Source: an uncultured Gammaproteobacteria bacterium (GTDB lineage Bacteria; Patescibacteriota; Microgenomatia; UBA12405). From it: a DNA stretch of 64,000 bases. Shown here piece by piece: positions 30,018 through 38,810 of the stretch. The notes beneath the pieces are model-generated. The model was given only the letters and a program-made list of their open reading frames with translations, searched no databases and had not been told where the DNA came from. Each line of letters begins with the position of its first letter. The stretch's first letter is position 1. The stretch spans positions 20,251-84,250 of the forward strand of contig CAZIZX010000004.1 in NCBI GenBank assembly GCA_964544275.1. Reading direction: 5' to 3'. A program made the translations under genes and the position numbers.

Positions 30018-30090
30018 AGCCGAAGAGGGGATTCGAACCCCTGACCCCAGCTTTACGAAAGCTATGCTCTACCAACTGAGCTACTTCGGC
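30018..30090 (-). tRNA. tRNA-Thr(CGT)
   Basis: The reverse complement folds as a cloverleaf: acceptor GCCGAAG/CTTCGGC, anticodon loop TTCGTAA, T-loop TTCGAAT. Confidence 0.85.
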
Positions 30091-30115
30091 TAAGTTTACC
30101 ACAAGTCCATTTGGG

Positions 30116-30186
30116 AGCGGCTAGAGGGAATTGAACCCTCGACCTATCCTTGGGAAGGACATATTTTACCACTAAACTATAGCCGC
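30116..30186 (-). tRNA. tRNA-Gly(CCC)
   Basis: The reverse complement folds as a cloverleaf: acceptor GCGGCTA/TAGCCGC, anticodon loop TTCCCAA, T-loop TTCAATT. Confidence 0.85.
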
Positions 30187-30195
30187 ACTTTCGTC

Positions 30196-30813
30196 CTATT
30201 CTATCACAGACGAAGTTTCGATTCTGGGTATTTCCAATACCATTCCAATCTCAATCTCGGAGGGATTCACTACCTGACTTTTATTAGCCTCCCAAATATT
30301 CACCCAACGAAAACCATCGCCGTAGGCTGCTACCGCCAACTTCCACAAGTGATCACCCTTCACCACTGTATATTTTTCTCCTTCAGTAATCTTTGAAACT
30401 ATTCTTTCGCTTTCTTGAACACCCTCCTGCTCCATTTTGGGCAGCAGTAACTTTTGACCAACTTCAATGAGTCCAACGTTCTCTATGTTATTCAAACTAG
30501 CAATATCCTTCCAAGCATAACCATTGTTTAATTTATTCTCCGCAATTCTCCACAAGCTATCACCGGCCACTACTTCATAAGTATTGCCATCCACAGTTAC
30601 CCTATCTTCTCCCGATCCTTGGCCAGAATTATCACTTAAAGATAAATTTTCAAAACTGCTTATACCCGGGATATCAATACTCCCCCTCCTTTTTTGGACA
30701 AAATTTACCACCAACCCAATTACCACAACCACCACCAATAATCCCAAAAACATACTGACGATTTCCTCTGCCGAATTTACTCCCAATTTATCTTTTATCC
30801 CATTTATTTTCAT
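30196..30813 (-). CDS. LysM-domain protein (two LysM repeats), membrane-anchored
   Basis: TM helix. Two 'Y.V..GD.LW.IA' LysM motifs (YEVVAGDSLWRIA and YTVVKGDHLWKLA). Confidence 0.75.
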   Translation of the reverse strand: MKINGIKDKLGVNSAEEIVSMFLGLLVVVVVIGLVVNFVQKRRGSIDIPGISSFENLSLSDNSGQGSGEDRVTVDGNTYEVVAGDSLWRIAENKLNNGYAWKDIASLNNIENVGLIEVGQKLLLPKMEQEGVQESERIVSKITEGEKYTVVKGDHLWKLAVAAYGDGFRWVNIWEANKSQVVNPSEIEIGMVLEIPRIETSSVIE

Positions 30814-30877
30814 TTACTTAAAATTAAATATTATTATCTATAACAAATTTACACCAAATCTATCCTATAGTCAATTA

Positions 30878-31186
30878 CTAGCCTGTTTTTTTTCTGACCA
30901 CAATATCTCTCTCAAAATTATTTCCCGATCCTGAGCCAAATTTATTTAATTTATTTATAAAATTATTGATTAATCTCATATTAATTTCATATATTCTTTG
31001 TTTTCCTTTTGTATTTACCTTCACTAAATTAGCTTTTCTCAATACCGCCAAATGACTGGACAAAGTAGCCTGTGTAATCTCAAAAAACTCCAGAATATAA
31101 TTCACCGATAATCCTCCCTTCTTTTTTAACAAGGTCAAAATTTTCCTTCTGTTTCTATCTGCCAAAGCTTTAAATATCTTATCCAC
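30878..31186 (-). CDS. ArsR/SmtB-family transcriptional regulator
   Basis: Winged HTH 'ADRNRRKILTLL...ITQATLSSHLAVLRKANLV'. Confidence 0.8.
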   Translation of the reverse strand: MDKIFKALADRNRRKILTLLKKKGGLSVNYILEFFEITQATLSSHLAVLRKANLVKVNTKGKQRIYEINMRLINNFINKLNKFGSGSGNNFERDIVVRKKTG

Positions 31187-31194
31187 ACCTTTAT

Positions 31195-31216
31195 TATATA
31201 GATATTTATCTATATA
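31195..31216. promoter_or_regulatory. Perfect 10-2-10 inverted repeat TATATAGATA-TT-TATCTATATA, candidate ArsR operator
   Basis: The palindrome lies 9 nt upstream of the arsR start, within the arsR/ndk divergent region. ArsR/SmtB repressors typically bind 12-2-12-type dyads in their own promoters. Confidence 0.35.
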
Positions 31217-31316
31217 TCAATATTTGTAATTATATTCACCATCAGCAATAGGTTGGTCTTGATATTACCCCGGTAAAATGTAAAAATCAGAAACATTACT
31301 TATTCAACACGTATTT

Positions 31317-31919
31317 ATGGATATTAAAAAAGAAAAAACCCTCGTTGTTATCAAACCCGATGGAATTCAAAGAACTTTAATTGGTGAGATTATCAGAAGA
31401 TACGAAAGGTCCGGCTTAAAATTAATTGCCCTTAAGCTACTGGTTCCCAGCCCTGAACTGATCGACAAACACTACACGGTTGATCCTGAGTGGAAAGCTA
31501 AAACCGGCGCCAAAGCCATTGAATCATATAAGACTCAAAACAAAACCCCACCCTCTGAAAATCCAGTTGAGGTAGGGGATAAAGTATTGGCTAATTTAGT
31601 CAAATATATGTCATCAGGCCCTGTTGTAGCTATGGTCTGGCAGGGGATGCATGCAGTTAGCGTAGTTCGAAAAATTTGCGGTTCAACCGAACCTAGAACT
31701 TCAGATGTTGGCACCATCAGAGGTGACCTAACCATTGATTCTTACGAAATTGCCGATATTGACGGCCGATCGGTCCGAAATCTTGTCCACGCCTCCAGCT
31801 CAGTTGAAGAAGCCGAAAAAGAAATTAGTCTCTGGTTTATGCCCGAAGAACTAATCAACTATCGTCTCATCAGTGAAGAAATCCTCTACGACATCAACCT
31901 GGATGGAATTCTGGAATAA
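31317..31919 (+). CDS. ndk: Nucleoside diphosphate kinase (long form with insertions)
   Basis: 'VVIKPDGIQRTLIGEII', 'YMSSGPVVAMVWQG' and the active-site 'NLVHAS'. About 50 extra residues relative to typical Ndk (~150 aa). Confidence 0.85.
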   Translation: MDIKKEKTLVVIKPDGIQRTLIGEIIRRYERSGLKLIALKLLVPSPELIDKHYTVDPEWKAKTGAKAIESYKTQNKTPPSENPVEVGDKVLANLVKYMSSGPVVAMVWQGMHAVSVVRKICGSTEPRTSDVGTIRGDLTIDSYEIADIDGRSVRNLVHASSSVEEAEKEISLWFMPEELINYRLISEEILYDINLDGILE

Positions 31920-31947
31920 AAAAACGTGATATTATAAGGTTTAATAT

Positions 31948-32580
31948 ATGGGCCTAGAAACCGGACGAATATTCATAATCACCGGACCGTCTGGTACAGG
32001 TAAAGACGCCATCTTTAGTCATCTCCTTCATCAATATCCCCACATCCGAAGAATCGTCACTGATGCCGCCCGCCAACCTCGCAATGGAGAGATTAATGGT
32101 GTCGACTATAACTTTGTATCACCACGACAATTTCAACAAAACATTACTGACGGAATATATGCCGAGTACGTACCCTACGGCGGAGGCAAGGCCACCAAAC
32201 GGACTGATCTACTTCAAGTCCTCAATGGACAAAGTGTCTTCTGGAGAATTGACCCCAGCCGCGCCACCGAAATTCAAGCCTTTTATCAAGATAAATTCTC
32301 TCCTATAGAAGCAGAAGTTCTGACCAACAATACCCAGGTTTTATATATCGGCACCGAACGATTGACAATTCTTAAAGATCGTTTTTTTGCCCGGGATCCA
32401 AAAGCATCCAGAACTGATTTCCTAAAAAGAATAAGAGAAGACTGGACTGAATGGCAAAAGTATGAGGTTAAGATGGAACACGGCACCAACATCCGATACA
32501 GCCTTTTGATAAACCTAAACGGTCAGCTAGACACCACCCTAACCCAAGCCACAGAAATTGTTGCCAGGTCTCTATCGTAA
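31948..32580 (+). CDS. gmk: Guanylate kinase
   Basis: P-loop 'GPSGTGKD'. 'ARQPRNGEINGVDYNFVSPRQF...YGGGKATKRT' matches the Gmk 'TTR.PR.GE.dG.dY.FVS...F...YGT' pattern. Confidence 0.7.
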   Translation: MGLETGRIFIITGPSGTGKDAIFSHLLHQYPHIRRIVTDAARQPRNGEINGVDYNFVSPRQFQQNITDGIYAEYVPYGGGKATKRTDLLQVLNGQSVFWRIDPSRATEIQAFYQDKFSPIEAEVLTNNTQVLYIGTERLTILKDRFFARDPKASRTDFLKRIREDWTEWQKYEVKMEHGTNIRYSLLINLNGQLDTTLTQATEIVARSLS

Positions 32581-32582
32581 CA

Positions 32583-34481
32583 TCAACCGGCACCACCTCC
32601 GCCACCACCTCCGCCTCCTCCGCCACCTCCAGACGATCCTCCCGAGGAACCAACCCCCGAAGCTCCGTAACTAGAACTGGAAACACTAGAAATGCTTGAT
32701 ATGGCATTTGAAATCGAGGAAATACTTGACGAGAAGCTGGTCATATTCCCAGTCGTACTCAAACCCCAATACATCGCTCCCGCCCGCATATCCGTCTCTG
32801 GAAACTTCACTGGCAGCTGACTCAAAACTTTCTCCGACACCCCCAGCACCGTTCCATATACCAAATACTTTTCCCACAAAACAATCGAATCTATAGGGGA
32901 TTCTTTAGTCTTACCATACTCTTTCAAATGCTTTTTAAAAGCCAACCAAGACGCCGCTTCAAAACTACCCTTCTCAGTTCTCTTTTCCCCGTATCTTCTA
33001 AACATCGATGAAAGCATCGCCAACAAAAACGTCATAACTGCCCCCAAGATGGGTATCCACCTAATTGAATCCACTACCATTTGCCTTACTATGTAAACCT
33101 GAACCCAAAGAATCAACCAAAATACCAGATAACCATAGTTTTTTTTCTCGCTGGAAAATTCATTCAGATAACCTTCTTTCAGATTCTTGACCAATACTGT
33201 TTTCGGCAAACTTTCTCTAAAAAATTTCTGACAATAAACCTGGTTACTTCGGCAATAGTTGACAATATCGTCCAGCGCCAGCGTGTCTTTTTCTACCCCA
33301 CCAACCATCACCTTTCTTAAATTTATTCTTTTCAGAAAATTTATCACCCCCTCTTGTACAGATGTTGGACTTTTCTCCCCGAAAATATCTTCAAGATAAT
33401 ACTTGTAATTCTTAAAAATAATCCCTTCCTTCTGGTCACTTCTCACTAAACGATAATATCTATCCTGAATCAGCGACAAAACAGTAGCCGTAAAGGCTTT
33501 AGGAGTCAGATCTTCCCTTCCATTTATCAACTGCTCAATCTGAGCCGGGTCAATATCACTTGGCGGTTCCCACAATCTTCCTGATAAATTCACCTGTGGT
33601 AACGGTGCATCTTTTCCATGTCGCCAGAACTCACGCAACTTTACTACAAAATAACAGGCGGCAAACAAACTCAAACCCAGCGACACCCATACCCACCCCA
33701 TTGCCCGATTGGTCCTACTCTCCAACTGCCTTCTTGTCTCATTGATGAATCCCTCTTCCTCCTGAATAATTTCCTGCCTAGTACCACTTTCCACCGCTCC
33801 GCCACTAAATATCTCTCGTGGTAACAAAATTCTGGCCTCAAAAAAATCTTTTTCCTTTAGACTTCCCAATTCATAGACCACCAAATCATTCTGTGGAATC
33901 GACACTCTACCTGACAATGGTCCGTGTGCATATGCTGTAACCTCATCATCACCCAGACCGGCCGGTAACATTATATTTGCCTTTATATTCTTTTGCGCCA
34001 ACTCCCACTCATTCCCAATCAGTTTCCAATAAACTTCGGCCACATTGTCCCGCAAAGTAACCACATTTACCACATCATAACTTAATTTAAATGTCTTTCT
34101 TTGACCACTGGCTCTATAAAACCACTTAACATAATAAGTATCAAATCTCTCTTCCACATAAAAAAATCCTGGCGTCCTCATAGAATCCAAAGTAGCAGTT
34201 TGACTCCTTTCTACCTGTTCATAACAAGTTACCTCATCACACAACTCAAAACCACTCAAAATATAGGGTGTATTTCTTCCTCCCGATTTCTTTATCTCCT
34301 GGTAAGCAAAGGTATAATCACCATCAAAGTTGTAAACCCTTTCCTCAGTCACACTCATCGACCCATCATCCGTCACCCTTATTCCAATATTTACCTGATC
34401 AATAGAATAAGACCTGGCATGAATACTTCCTGGAAAAAATAAACCTATAGCGAAAACCACCCATAAAAGCCTTTTTACCAT
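32583..34481 (-). CDS. DUF2207-like membrane protein with a C-terminal Ser/Gly-rich tail
   Basis: Signal peptide, a large extracytoplasmic domain, TM helices, and a C-terminus 'SSISSIS...GGSSGGGGGGGGGGGGGAG'. This architecture is recalled for the DUF2207 family. Confidence 0.5.
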   Translation of the reverse strand: MVKRLLWVVFAIGLFFPGSIHARSYSIDQVNIGIRVTDDGSMSVTEERVYNFDGDYTFAYQEIKKSGGRNTPYILSGFELCDEVTCYEQVERSQTATLDSMRTPGFFYVEERFDTYYVKWFYRASGQRKTFKLSYDVVNVVTLRDNVAEVYWKLIGNEWELAQKNIKANIMLPAGLGDDEVTAYAHGPLSGRVSIPQNDLVVYELGSLKEKDFFEARILLPREIFSGGAVESGTRQEIIQEEEGFINETRRQLESRTNRAMGWVWVSLGLSLFAACYFVVKLREFWRHGKDAPLPQVNLSGRLWEPPSDIDPAQIEQLINGREDLTPKAFTATVLSLIQDRYYRLVRSDQKEGIIFKNYKYYLEDIFGEKSPTSVQEGVINFLKRINLRKVMVGGVEKDTLALDDIVNYCRSNQVYCQKFFRESLPKTVLVKNLKEGYLNEFSSEKKNYGYLVFWLILWVQVYIVRQMVVDSIRWIPILGAVMTFLLAMLSSMFRRYGEKRTEKGSFEAASWLAFKKHLKEYGKTKESPIDSIVLWEKYLVYGTVLGVSEKVLSQLPVKFPETDMRAGAMYWGLSTTGNMTSFSSSISSISNAISSISSVSSSSYGASGVGSSGGSSGGGGGGGGGGGGGAG

Positions 34482-34599
34482 TACCCTAATTTATCATCTT
34501 CTCCAAAAAAAATCTGCCCAAACAAGCAGGGGTTTTCTGCGGAGCAGGTGGGTCTGGAACCTTTCTATCCCTATAACACCCTGTCTTATTCTACTCTCT

Positions 34600-34647
34600 C
34601 TTTGTGCCTAAATAAGACAAATAAGACACTATAAAAAAGGAGTGTCT
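34600..34647 (-). terminator. Candidate rho-independent terminator downstream of the histidine-phosphatase gene
   Basis: On the minus strand: stem GAGACACT/AGTGTCTT, loop CCTTTTTTAT, then a T-rich TATTTGTCTTATTT tract. It lies just 3' of the stop at 34679. The region also carries AATAAGACA/TGTCTTATT repeats. Confidence 0.3.
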
Positions 34648-34678
34648 CAAAACCAGTGATCTATTTTGAACTATATAG

Positions 34679-35353
34679 CTACTCAAGACAGTGTGAAGTG
34701 TCATTCCAGCATTGAAGTTTCCATCTTTCATCCTCATAAGTAAAAATACAGACCCCAGTATTGCTTAATCGTAAAAAACTTTTAAGTTTTAAAGATACTC
34801 CAACCGGAAAATTATCCCCCAACAGCATTAATCCAGCCATTAAAGCGATAAAGTTGGCGTGAGACACAACCAAGATATTTTCTTTGTTATGAGACTTTAA
34901 AAACTCTAATGCTGCCAACCCTCGCTTCTTTAAATCTTCAAAATTTTCCTCGTCTGAATAGTGCCAGCTAGGGTCAACTGTATACATTTCACCAATCTTT
35001 TTGAAAATGGCTTTAATTTCTTCATTCTCTTTCGACTTGCCAATCAATTCTTTTGGTTTTCTGGTTTCGGCAAACAGTTCACTAATCTGGACGTTCTCAT
35101 TTATTGCTTTTGCAGTTTGGACCGCCCGGAGGTGCGGACTGGAAACAATTAAATCTAAGTGTGTTTTGGTAAATCTTTTACCAAGTTCTTTGGCTTGTTC
35201 CAAGCCTCGTTGGTTTAGAGGTTCTTCATTGGGCTGGCTGATTTTCTTTTCTAAAGAATCAGTGGAACCATGGCGGACGAAGTATACCTTCATGTTATGA
35301 TCATAGCATATGGAAAATAAGGAGCTATGGGACTTATTAATGACTGAATACAA
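34679..35353 (-). CDS. Histidine phosphatase superfamily (phosphoglycerate-mutase-like) protein
   Basis: The 'MKVYFVRHGSTD' RHG catalytic motif begins at an internal Met (~35296), which is the probable true start. A 'VSHANF' second His motif is present. Confidence 0.65.
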   Translation of the reverse strand: MYSVINKSHSSLFSICYDHNMKVYFVRHGSTDSLEKKISQPNEEPLNQRGLEQAKELGKRFTKTHLDLIVSSPHLRAVQTAKAINENVQISELFAETRKPKELIGKSKENEEIKAIFKKIGEMYTVDPSWHYSDEENFEDLKKRGLAALEFLKSHNKENILVVSHANFIALMAGLMLLGDNFPVGVSLKLKSFLRLSNTGVCIFTYEDERWKLQCWNDTSHCLE

Positions 35354-35981
35354 ACTACTTTTCGAGAACGTGTGGGAGTTTGGGGGTGGTTATGGTTTTC
35401 GCTATCATCACGGAATTCGAGTCATGAAATATTGTCAAAAGATAGCTAAATTTCCTAGATTCAAAGATAAGAATCTAAATATCGACGCCTTATTAACTGC
35501 CGCTTTATTTCATGATATTGGCAAAATTGAAGCAGTTAATGAAAACGGACAATTAGTTTATGGAAATTATGGCGGCATCAGTCACGACGCATTAGGAGCG
35601 CAAGTGGCTCCAAAATATTTAGAAAAATATATTAATGATCAAGAACTTATCGACTTAATATGTTTAATAATTTCTGAGCAGGAAGGTAAAAATACTCCGA
35701 CACGAGTTGAATCAAAAATAATCAAAGATGCCGACAGGTTAGACCACTACGGTGTCCTTCATCTGTGGTGTTCCATCACTCATGCCAATTATCACAAGAA
35801 GAATATTGAAGGCTTACAAGAATTTTGGGAAGGGGAAGAAGGAAGATCGTTATATGAGGCTAACTTCTCCAAATTCTTTTTTCCGGAAGTTAAAAGAATC
35901 GCCGAAAATCGATTTGCTAACTTAACAAAGACTACCGAATTAATGTCTAGTGAGGAAGAAGGTTTGGATATTCTTTTTTAA
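35310..35981 (+). CDS. HD-domain phosphohydrolase
   Basis: 'H...ALFHDIGK...D' HD motif with further conserved His/Asp ('DADRLDHYG'). Confidence 0.7.
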   Translation: MENKELWDLLMTEYKLLFENVWEFGGGYGFRYHHGIRVMKYCQKIAKFPRFKDKNLNIDALLTAALFHDIGKIEAVNENGQLVYGNYGGISHDALGAQVAPKYLEKYINDQELIDLICLIISEQEGKNTPTRVESKIIKDADRLDHYGVLHLWCSITHANYHKKNIEGLQEFWEGEEGRSLYEANFSKFFFPEVKRIAENRFANLTKTTELMSSEEEGLDILF

Positions 35982-37385
35982 TTGACTAAAAAGGAAAAGA
36001 TAATGAAGAATATAGATATAAAAAGTCTTATTAAGGACAATGTAATGTCGGCCGACGAAATCCTGGAATATATTAATGGAAATATCCCCTATGTTGGAAA
36101 AGATTTATCCAATGTAGTTCTATACAAGAATTATAAAGAGTGGAAACAGATTTTAGAGAAATACCCAAAATCGCAAATTATTAATACAAGTAGAAGGAAA
36201 ATATTATTTGATAAAGAAATGCGGAGCCTTGTTATACCAACTAATGAAGGAAATTTTAAAGGTTTCCAATATTCAATACAAGTAAAAGTGTTGAATTATT
36301 TACTGGGCACAAATATTACCTATCAAGAGATTGATCTTCATGATGAAAAAGAATTGTGGAATGAATGGACTTTACGGTTAATCAATAATTGTAAGAACTA
36401 CTCAGTTTCAAACATAACAGGAACTATCGTCGGTAGTATCAATAATACTTATTTTAGATTCAGTAAGTATTTAAATCATCCCATCCTTTGCAATTTGGAT
36501 GGATTCTATAAATCCATATTATCAACGGTGGAATTTAGGAAATATCTTGAGTACAGATTAGATTTAATTTTGGCCGAAGAAGATCTAGTGCTCGGTCGTC
36601 ATCAATTTGATAAAACCTTGTTCATCGATTTTCAACACATTCCTCTTCCTTCAAAAATGGATTATCAAAAATGCGTTGTTGCCAAGGACTATATCTATGA
36701 CCGACCAAATAGACTAGCCAAATTAAATTCAAACGAAAACTTAATTGATTACATTAAAGCTGATTATATTTATTCTCTTGATAGATTGAATCAAACAAAC
36801 TCTATTGATCCTGTATTTCAATCGGAAAATCCTATCATTGTTCGGGATTCATTATTGAGTTATCAGTTAATAAATACCGGGAAGGAATGGCTTATTAATT
36901 TTGACTGGGTTTCATCGAGTCAAATAAATAAAGCCCTGGAAATAATTTCCGGAAACTTTAATATTACCCATTTCTACAATTTTGGAAAATGTGGTTATTT
37001 CGGTAAACGCCTAAAAATCGGCGATTTGGTCAAGCCGATATCTTGTAAAAAGTATCCTGGGACAGGAGGAGAGATTAATTTCATTAATAACATTAGAGTC
37101 GGAACAGAATGCAAGAATTTAACAGTGGACTCGCCCCTTCTCGAGACTCGACCAGGGTTGGTGAATGAAGCAAAAAGCTTCGGATATTCGTCAATAGAAA
37201 TGGAGTTGTTTTATATGCTTAAGGCTCTTAAACCGCATTCCAAAAAATATATTTGTTACTATGTTTCCGATACGCCACTTTCAAATACCAAGTTATCTGT
37301 CAGACTCGACTCTTTAAAGCCTAGGCTGGAAGTTCTCGAAGAAATATTCAATGAAATAGTAAAAAATCATTTTATTGCTCAATAA
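35982..37385 (+). CDS. 467-aa protein with a C-terminal PNP/UDP-phosphorylase-like (nucleosidase) domain; N-terminal ~300 aa unknown
   Basis: 'GKCGYFGKRLKIGDLV' resembles the PNP/MTAN phosphate-binding 'G.AGG...L..GD.V' block. 'SSIEMELFYM' resembles the catalytic 'VEME(S/A)AA' block. The start abuts the HD gene stop. Confidence 0.4.
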   Translation: MTKKEKIMKNIDIKSLIKDNVMSADEILEYINGNIPYVGKDLSNVVLYKNYKEWKQILEKYPKSQIINTSRRKILFDKEMRSLVIPTNEGNFKGFQYSIQVKVLNYLLGTNITYQEIDLHDEKELWNEWTLRLINNCKNYSVSNITGTIVGSINNTYFRFSKYLNHPILCNLDGFYKSILSTVEFRKYLEYRLDLILAEEDLVLGRHQFDKTLFIDFQHIPLPSKMDYQKCVVAKDYIYDRPNRLAKLNSNENLIDYIKADYIYSLDRLNQTNSIDPVFQSENPIIVRDSLLSYQLINTGKEWLINFDWVSSSQINKALEIISGNFNITHFYNFGKCGYFGKRLKIGDLVKPISCKKYPGTGGEINFINNIRVGTECKNLTVDSPLLETRPGLVNEAKSFGYSSIEMELFYMLKALKPHSKKYICYYVSDTPLSNTKLSVRLDSLKPRLEVLEEIFNEIVKNHFIAQ

Positions 37386-37565
37386 ATCTGCAAATGGTAT
37401 ACTACTTTCAAAGCGTTTGAGGTGAAATCCAATCACCAATGCAGATTGGGGTAAAAAACCAATCCGGGGATGCCCGTTATAGCAAATTAAGACTTGGTTG
37501 AGGTGGCACCTCCTGACACGGCCGCAACCCACGATTTGTGTGTCCATTAGTGGTTAATATATTCT
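37384..37565 (+). promoter_or_regulatory. GC-rich structured leader upstream of serS (candidate cis-regulatory RNA, possibly T-box-like)
   Basis: Long-range complementarity AAATCTGCA (37384-37392) / TGCAGATT (37440-37447). Hairpin GGTGA-AATCCAA-TCACC (37421-37437) presents UCC. Stem GATTGG/CCAATC. 'GAGGUGGCACCUCC' (37500-37513) resembles the T-box 'GGUGGNACC' core with N=C. GC content is well above the surroundings. Confidence 0.25.
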
Positions 37566-38810
37566 ATGCTAGATATTAAATTCATTAGGGATAATGTTGA
37601 TATTGTTAAAGAAGGTGTCAGAAATAAAAATTATGACGACCAAATTGTTGATCAATTATTAGAAAAGGATTCGGAAAAAAGAAAAATTCAAACAAAAGTA
37701 GAAACGTTAAAAGGAGAAAAAAATAAACTTGGACCTGAACAGGCAGAACGAGGTAAAGAAATAAAATTAGAGCTAAAAGAATTAGAGGAAAAACTTAAGC
37801 AGGAAGAAGTTTCTTTAAATGATTTGCTAAATGAAATTCCAAATATTCCTTTAAAAGGGGTACCTGTAGGAAAAGGCGAGGAAGGAAACGTGGAGATCAA
37901 AAAATGGGGAGAGCCAAGAAAGTTCGACTTTGTGCCAAACAACCATTTGGATATAGGCAAAAAATTAGGAATATTAGACTTCGAGACAGGTTCTAAGGTT
38001 GCTGGATCACAGTTTTATTATCTTTATGGAGATGGGGCATTACTCGAGTTAGCTCTAGTTCAATATGCATTTAATTTATTATCAAAAGAAGGCTTTACTC
38101 CAGTTATTACTCCAGATGTAGCAAAATCTCGTTATTATCTTGGGACTGGTTATTCACCTCGCGGAAAAGAAGCTCAGACTTACAAAATTGAAGGTGAAGA
38201 TTTAGGTCTAATTGCTACAGCAGAAGTTACTTTAGCTGGCAAACATGCTGACGAAATTCTGTCACAAAGCATTCTTCCAATTAAATATGTAGGGTATTCA
38301 CATTGCTTTAGACGTGAGGCTGGATCCTACGGTAAATATTCAAAAGGTTTGTATAGAGTACATCAATTTACTAAAGTTGAAATGTTCATTTATAGTACCG
38401 CCGAAGACTCAAACAAATATCATGAACAGATTCTCAGCCTAGAAGAAAAAATATATCAAAATTTAGGATTGCCTTATAGAGTGCTTGAAATGTGCTCTGG
38501 GGATTTGGGAGCAATGGCAGCCAGAAAGTTTGATATTGAAGCCTGGATGCCTGGCAGGAATGAATATGGAGAGGTCACTTCTACCTCTAATTGCACGGAT
38601 TACCAGGCTAGGAACTTGAATATTAAATATAAAGCCAAAGACGGATCCACAAAATATGTTCATATGTTAAATGGCACAGCCATAGCAACATCTAGAACAC
38701 CATTGGCAATTTTGGAAAATTATCAAAATGAAGATGGCACTGTAACTATTCCTGAAGTGTTACGACCTATTATGGGTAAGGACAAGATCTTGTTGCCTAA
38801 ATCAATTTAA
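37566..38810 (+). CDS. serS: Seryl-tRNA synthetase
   Basis: N-terminal coiled-coil arm followed by class II motifs ('FRREAGS', 'GRNEYGEVTSTSNCTDYQARNL'). Confidence 0.9.
   Translation: MLDIKFIRDNVDIVKEGVRNKNYDDQIVDQLLEKDSEKRKIQTKVETLKGEKNKLGPEQAERGKEIKLELKELEEKLKQEEVSLNDLLNEIPNIPLKGVPVGKGEEGNVEIKKWGEPRKFDFVPNNHLDIGKKLGILDFETGSKVAGSQFYYLYGDGALLELALVQYAFNLLSKEGFTPVITPDVAKSRYYLGTGYSPRGKEAQTYKIEGEDLGLIATAEVTLAGKHADEILSQSILPIKYVGYSHCFRREAGSYGKYSKGLYRVHQFTKVEMFIYSTAEDSNKYHEQILSLEEKIYQNLGLPYRVLEMCSGDLGAMAARKFDIEAWMPGRNEYGEVTSTSNCTDYQARNLNIKYKAKDGSTKYVHMLNGTAIATSRTPLAILENYQNEDGTVTIPEVLRPIMGKDKILLPKSI

Noticed and set aside
30031-30045. Shared 'GGGATTCGAACCC' segments between tRNA-Thr, tRNA-Asp and tRNA-Glu considered as possible att direct repeats
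   Set aside because: These are the conserved T-arm/T-loop sequences of tRNAs. No extended repeat beyond the tRNA bodies was seen at the putative island boundaries.
32590-32640. GGN tandem repeat (ggtggaggcggaggtggtggcgg...) that could be mistaken for a micro-satellite or CRISPR-like repeat
   Set aside because: It is the in-frame poly-Gly C-terminal tail of the DUF2207-like CDS. No spacer/repeat periodicity is present.
37314-37547. Listed minus-strand 77-aa ORF over the serS leader
   Set aside because: It is antisense to a GC-rich, highly structured region directly upstream of serS. The structure and T-box-like elements explain the open frame better than coding does.
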